Shown here: positions 50,666-53,565 of the stretch, piece after piece
Numbering within the stretch: the first letter of the stretch is position 1
How the letters are laid out: every line of letters begins with the position of its first letter
IMG/VR virus record: IMGVR_UViG_3300027728_001630
Coordinates: 1 to 53,565 of that record
DNA: 53,565 nucleotides
Reading direction: 5' to 3' (one strand)
DNA from: a virus
Lineage: Duplodnaviria; Caudoviricetes
Made by a program: the position numbers and the translations under genes
Notes under the pieces: model-generated
Database searches by the model: none
The model's input: the letters and a program-made list of their open reading frames with translations, nothing else
What the model was told of the DNA's origin: nothing

Positions 50666-51312
50666 CCTTCATGCCAACATTTGATGGCGGTGTCGGTGCT
50701 GCGTCCCTCGTCCACACCGGTCGCAATGACGCTGGGAGCGGATCGACACAGACGTTCACAGCGGAGGCGATCGGAACGGCCGCCCCCAACCGTTATGTTA
50801 TTGTTGCGGTCATGCAAAACTCAGGCACTCGGCCCGCAACGCCGACTGTTACGATTGGCGGCATTACTGCGACCCCTGCTGTCGAGATGCGGACTGACTA
50901 CAGTGGCGCAGCGTCTACGACGCAGGCTCTGTTTATTGCTGCCGTGCCGACCGGTGCCACCGCCGATATTGTTGTGACGTGGAGCACAACGGTCGATATT
51001 ACGGCAATTGCCAAGTGGGCGGCTTACGGCATTAACCCAACCGTAATTGGGACGGCAACAAGTGGGGCCAATCCAGCCAGTTTTACGGTCAATGTGCCGT
51101 CAGGTGGGATCGTCATAGCGGCGGTCAACAACCCGCAATACACGACGTCCACTTGGACGGGCGCGACCGAGGATTACGATCACAATTTTCGGACGTTTTA
51201 CAATATAACCGGCGCTAGTGGGACGGTCAATTCCGGTGGCTCTGCGAACATTCAGTGCGACATCGCCACGCCGAACGTCCAGGCGGGCGTAGCCGCATCA
51301 TGGGGGATATAA
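50662..51312 (+). CDS. tail-fibre-associated / receptor-binding protein
   Basis: Thr/Ala/Gly-rich beta protein, ATGA overlap, visibly more T/A-ending codons. Confidence 0.65.
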   Translation: MTFMPTFDGGVGAASLVHTGRNDAGSGSTQTFTAEAIGTAAPNRYVIVAVMQNSGTRPATPTVTIGGITATPAVEMRTDYSGAASTTQALFIAAVPTGATADIVVTWSTTVDITAIAKWAAYGINPTVIGTATSGANPASFTVNVPSGGIVIAAVNNPQYTTSTWTGATEDYDHNFRTFYNITGASGTVNSGGSANIQCDIATPNVQAGVAASWGI

Positions 51313-51821
51313 TGGCGACTTATGCAGTCATGGACGGAGGGGCAATAGTCGGTTGGCGCGAGATTGCCGACTGGGACGGCTACCCTATCCACAAGCGCGT
51401 ATCCCTCGACGAGAAAGGGGACGGCGGTCCTGTTCTTCGACCGGTCGTCACGGAAGGTGCCGGGCCGAGCGAGCAGGTCGTCATCGAGCCTACACAGGTC
51501 CGCATCGTCCGCTCAACGCCTGCCGTGGTAATAACCGCCGCTCACATAAAAGCCGAAGCGCAGCTGCGCATCTTGGCGATTACCGGCGCGCCAGACCTGA
51601 CCAGCGGGATCATCAAGCAGCTCAACGCCAATATGAGGGCGAACGAACTCAACGACTATCGACACACCCGCCCGCTCACGACGGAAGAGCAAGCCGAAGC
51701 CGCCGCACTTCGCGGGCTGGCAACGGCGATTAAAGCTGTTCGGACAAGAAGCAACGAGATTGAGGCCATGACCCCAATCCCGACCGACTACACGGCCGAC
51801 AGCCTCTGGAACGGAGCTTGA
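51312..51821 (+). CDS. putative tail fibre assembly/chaperone protein
   Basis: TAATG-coupled start; IKAEA..RI...IKAVRTRSNEIE..P.DY..D.LW pattern typical after fibre genes. Confidence 0.6.
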   Translation: MATYAVMDGGAIVGWREIADWDGYPIHKRVSLDEKGDGGPVLRPVVTEGAGPSEQVVIEPTQVRIVRSTPAVVITAAHIKAEAQLRILAITGAPDLTSGIIKQLNANMRANELNDYRHTRPLTTEEQAEAAALRGLATAIKAVRTRSNEIEAMTPIPTDYTADSLWNGA

Positions 51822-51825
51822 TCAC

Positions 51826-52944
51826 ATGGCGCTCGTTTTTTCCGCATCGGACATGGCCCGCTTCTGGCCCAACGGGGACCCGGCCTGGGTCGACAGCTTT
51901 GTGCAGAATCACATCGCTTGGGGCAACAAGTATGGCCTCAAAACGCCCGGTCGCTGGCATCACTTCCTCGCCCAGGTCTCGGCCGAGACGGACGGGCTGC
52001 GCACCAATGGTCGCGGCGGCGCGCCGGTCAAGGGCATGCGCGAGAACTTGAACCACTTGCCGGCAAGCCTGCTCAAGGCGAACTCGTTTCGGGTCAAAAA
52101 GGCGGCGCGTGAGATCGAGCGCTTCAGGTCGCTTTCGCTCCAGGCCGTGGCCGCAGAACTCTGTCGCGATCACACGCTGCTGGCCGAGAGCCTATATGGC
52201 GGGCGAGTGCGTGACCTCGGCAACAGCGAGCCAGGCGACGGGGCGAAGTTCATCGGGCGCGGTCCGCTGCAATGCACCGGCCGCTACATCTACACCAAAG
52301 TCAGCACCGCGCTTGGCATTGACTGTGTGGCTGACCCCGACCTGCTTTCGACGCCCCGCTATGGCTGGGAGGCGGCGTTCATCGAGTGGCAAACCAGCGG
52401 CTGCAACGCGCTCGCCGATACCGGAGACGTCGAGAAGGTCTCTCGGCGCGTCAACGGCGGCACCAATGGGCTTGCCGCGCGTCATCGCTGGTTCGCCAAG
52501 GCGACCGCGATGTTCGACGGTGATGATGAGGTGGCCGACGACACCGACGCCCGGGAGCAGGCAAGTCTAGCGGACCTGAGCAAGGCCGGGTCGCGCACCG
52601 CAACAACCCTCAAGATCGCGCGCGATGTGTCGGTGGCAACAGCCGGTGTCTCGGTCGCCATCGAGACAGCGGATGCAGTCGGCACGCAAATGCAGACTGC
52701 GACCGGCGCGATGCAGAAGATCAAGGATTCAGTGGGTGGCGTTATCACCGAAATCGGGACAACGGCGGAGGCTGCACATGCACTGGCAAAGGTCGCTCGC
52801 GGGTACGTGGGCGTCAACACTCTCGTTCCTGCGCTACTGGTGGCGGTCATCGCTGTCGTGGCTGGCCACTATTTCCTTCAAGCCTACCGGTCGGGTCGCT
52901 ACCGGCCTCGGCCTCGTGGGCGGGCTGGCAACACAAGCGGTTAG
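51826..52944 (+). CDS. glycoside hydrolase family 19 endolysin with C-terminal hydrophobic extension
   Basis: HFLAQ..AET, ENL, LGN...GDG.KFIGRG..Q.TGR..Y, VNGGTNGL..R. Confidence 0.88.
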   Translation: MALVFSASDMARFWPNGDPAWVDSFVQNHIAWGNKYGLKTPGRWHHFLAQVSAETDGLRTNGRGGAPVKGMRENLNHLPASLLKANSFRVKKAAREIERFRSLSLQAVAAELCRDHTLLAESLYGGRVRDLGNSEPGDGAKFIGRGPLQCTGRYIYTKVSTALGIDCVADPDLLSTPRYGWEAAFIEWQTSGCNALADTGDVEKVSRRVNGGTNGLAARHRWFAKATAMFDGDDEVADDTDAREQASLADLSKAGSRTATTLKIARDVSVATAGVSVAIETADAVGTQMQTATGAMQKIKDSVGGVITEIGTTAEAAHALAKVARGYVGVNTLVPALLVAVIAVVAGHYFLQAYRSGRYRPRPRGRAGNTSG

Positions 52945-53299
52945 CGCCTGGGCGCTGCCGGCATGGTTGACCACCAAGGCGGTGCTTTGGGGGCTGCTTG
53001 CGTCTGTCATCCTCGGGACCGGAACGTGGCTCTACCTGCACGTCAAGTCGATCGGCGCGCAAGAGAACGAGAACAAGTGGGTCTCCGTAATCGAAGAGCG
53101 GAACACCCAGCTTGAGAAGGTGGCCAAGGCTGCAACCACGGCGTTTGACGAGGCCGATGAGGCGCGCCGCAACGTAAGGGTCGAGATCGTGAAGGAGGTC
53201 GAGCAGATCTTCGTCCCGGTTCCCGTTGCAGGCCAACCCACGCCACCGCCGCCGGCCATCCCGAAGTCTACAATCGACAAGCTCAACAGGATCAAGTGA
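52916..53299 (+). CDS. i-spanin (Rz-like); start uncertain (GTG 52916 or TTG 52967)
   Basis: N-terminal TM followed by coiled coil and Pro-rich tail; after endolysin. Confidence 0.65.
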   Translation: MGGLATQAVSAWALPAWLTTKAVLWGLLASVILGTGTWLYLHVKSIGAQENENKWVSVIEERNTQLEKVAKAATTAFDEADEARRNVRVEIVKEVEQIFVPVPVAGQPTPPPPAIPKSTIDKLNRIK

Positions 53300-53565
53300 C
53301 CATGCCCATTCTCGTCATCATGCTCGTGATCGCGGCGATGCTGGCAGGCTGCGCCGGAGACAAGCCCGTTGCCCCGGTCGGACTGCGCGAGGCACCCGGT
53401 TGGGCCAAAGAACGCTGCCCGGAGGCGCCGCCGATCCCTGGCGACGAATCCCGCAACCCCAAGTCTCGAGCCTACTACTACGAATCTAGTCGGGGGCTTT
53501 ACGCCAGGTGCCGCCAGAAGCAGTCGGCTTTGGCCGACCATGTCGAAACAATCGAGAAAAAATGA
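53296..53565 (+). CDS. o-spanin lipoprotein (Rz1-like)
   Basis: Signal peptide with lipobox MLAG-C; Pro-rich mature region with Cys. Confidence 0.75.
   Translation: MTMPILVIMLVIAAMLAGCAGDKPVAPVGLREAPGWAKERCPEAPPIPGDESRNPKSRAYYYESSRGLYARCRQKQSALADHVETIEKK

Overview
GC-rich dsDNA phage (or prophage) segment with a podovirus-type late module: terS, terL, portal, Bbp19-like protein, scaffold, major capsid, tail tubular A/B, GNAT-like protein, ejection proteins, tail fibre, GH19 endolysin and spanins. An accessory/regulatory region (1-5.8 kb) precedes it. The centrepiece is a 7867-aa DarB-like polyvalent virion protein (24751-48354) carrying N6-methyltransferase, SNF2 helicase, JAB-like, zincin, GNAT, ART-like and LPD domains. 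It appears to carry a second layer of genes. At least five ORFs lie inside it in the +1 frame, most with their own Shine-Dalgarno, and the four small ones show a local switch of G/C-ending codons into the +1 frame. One resembles TnpV. One is a Zn-finger/DUF559(Vsr-like) endonuclease encoded out of frame inside a 440-aa intein that splits the helicase DEAH motif. Other unusual items are four tandem small genes ending in A(V/I)(L/I)TG-stop upstream of the portal, an antisense HNH gene bridged by a TGATG-coupled sense ORF, and two 500-600 nt highly self-complementary regions with little convincing coding. All family calls come from motif recognition by eye; no database searches were run.
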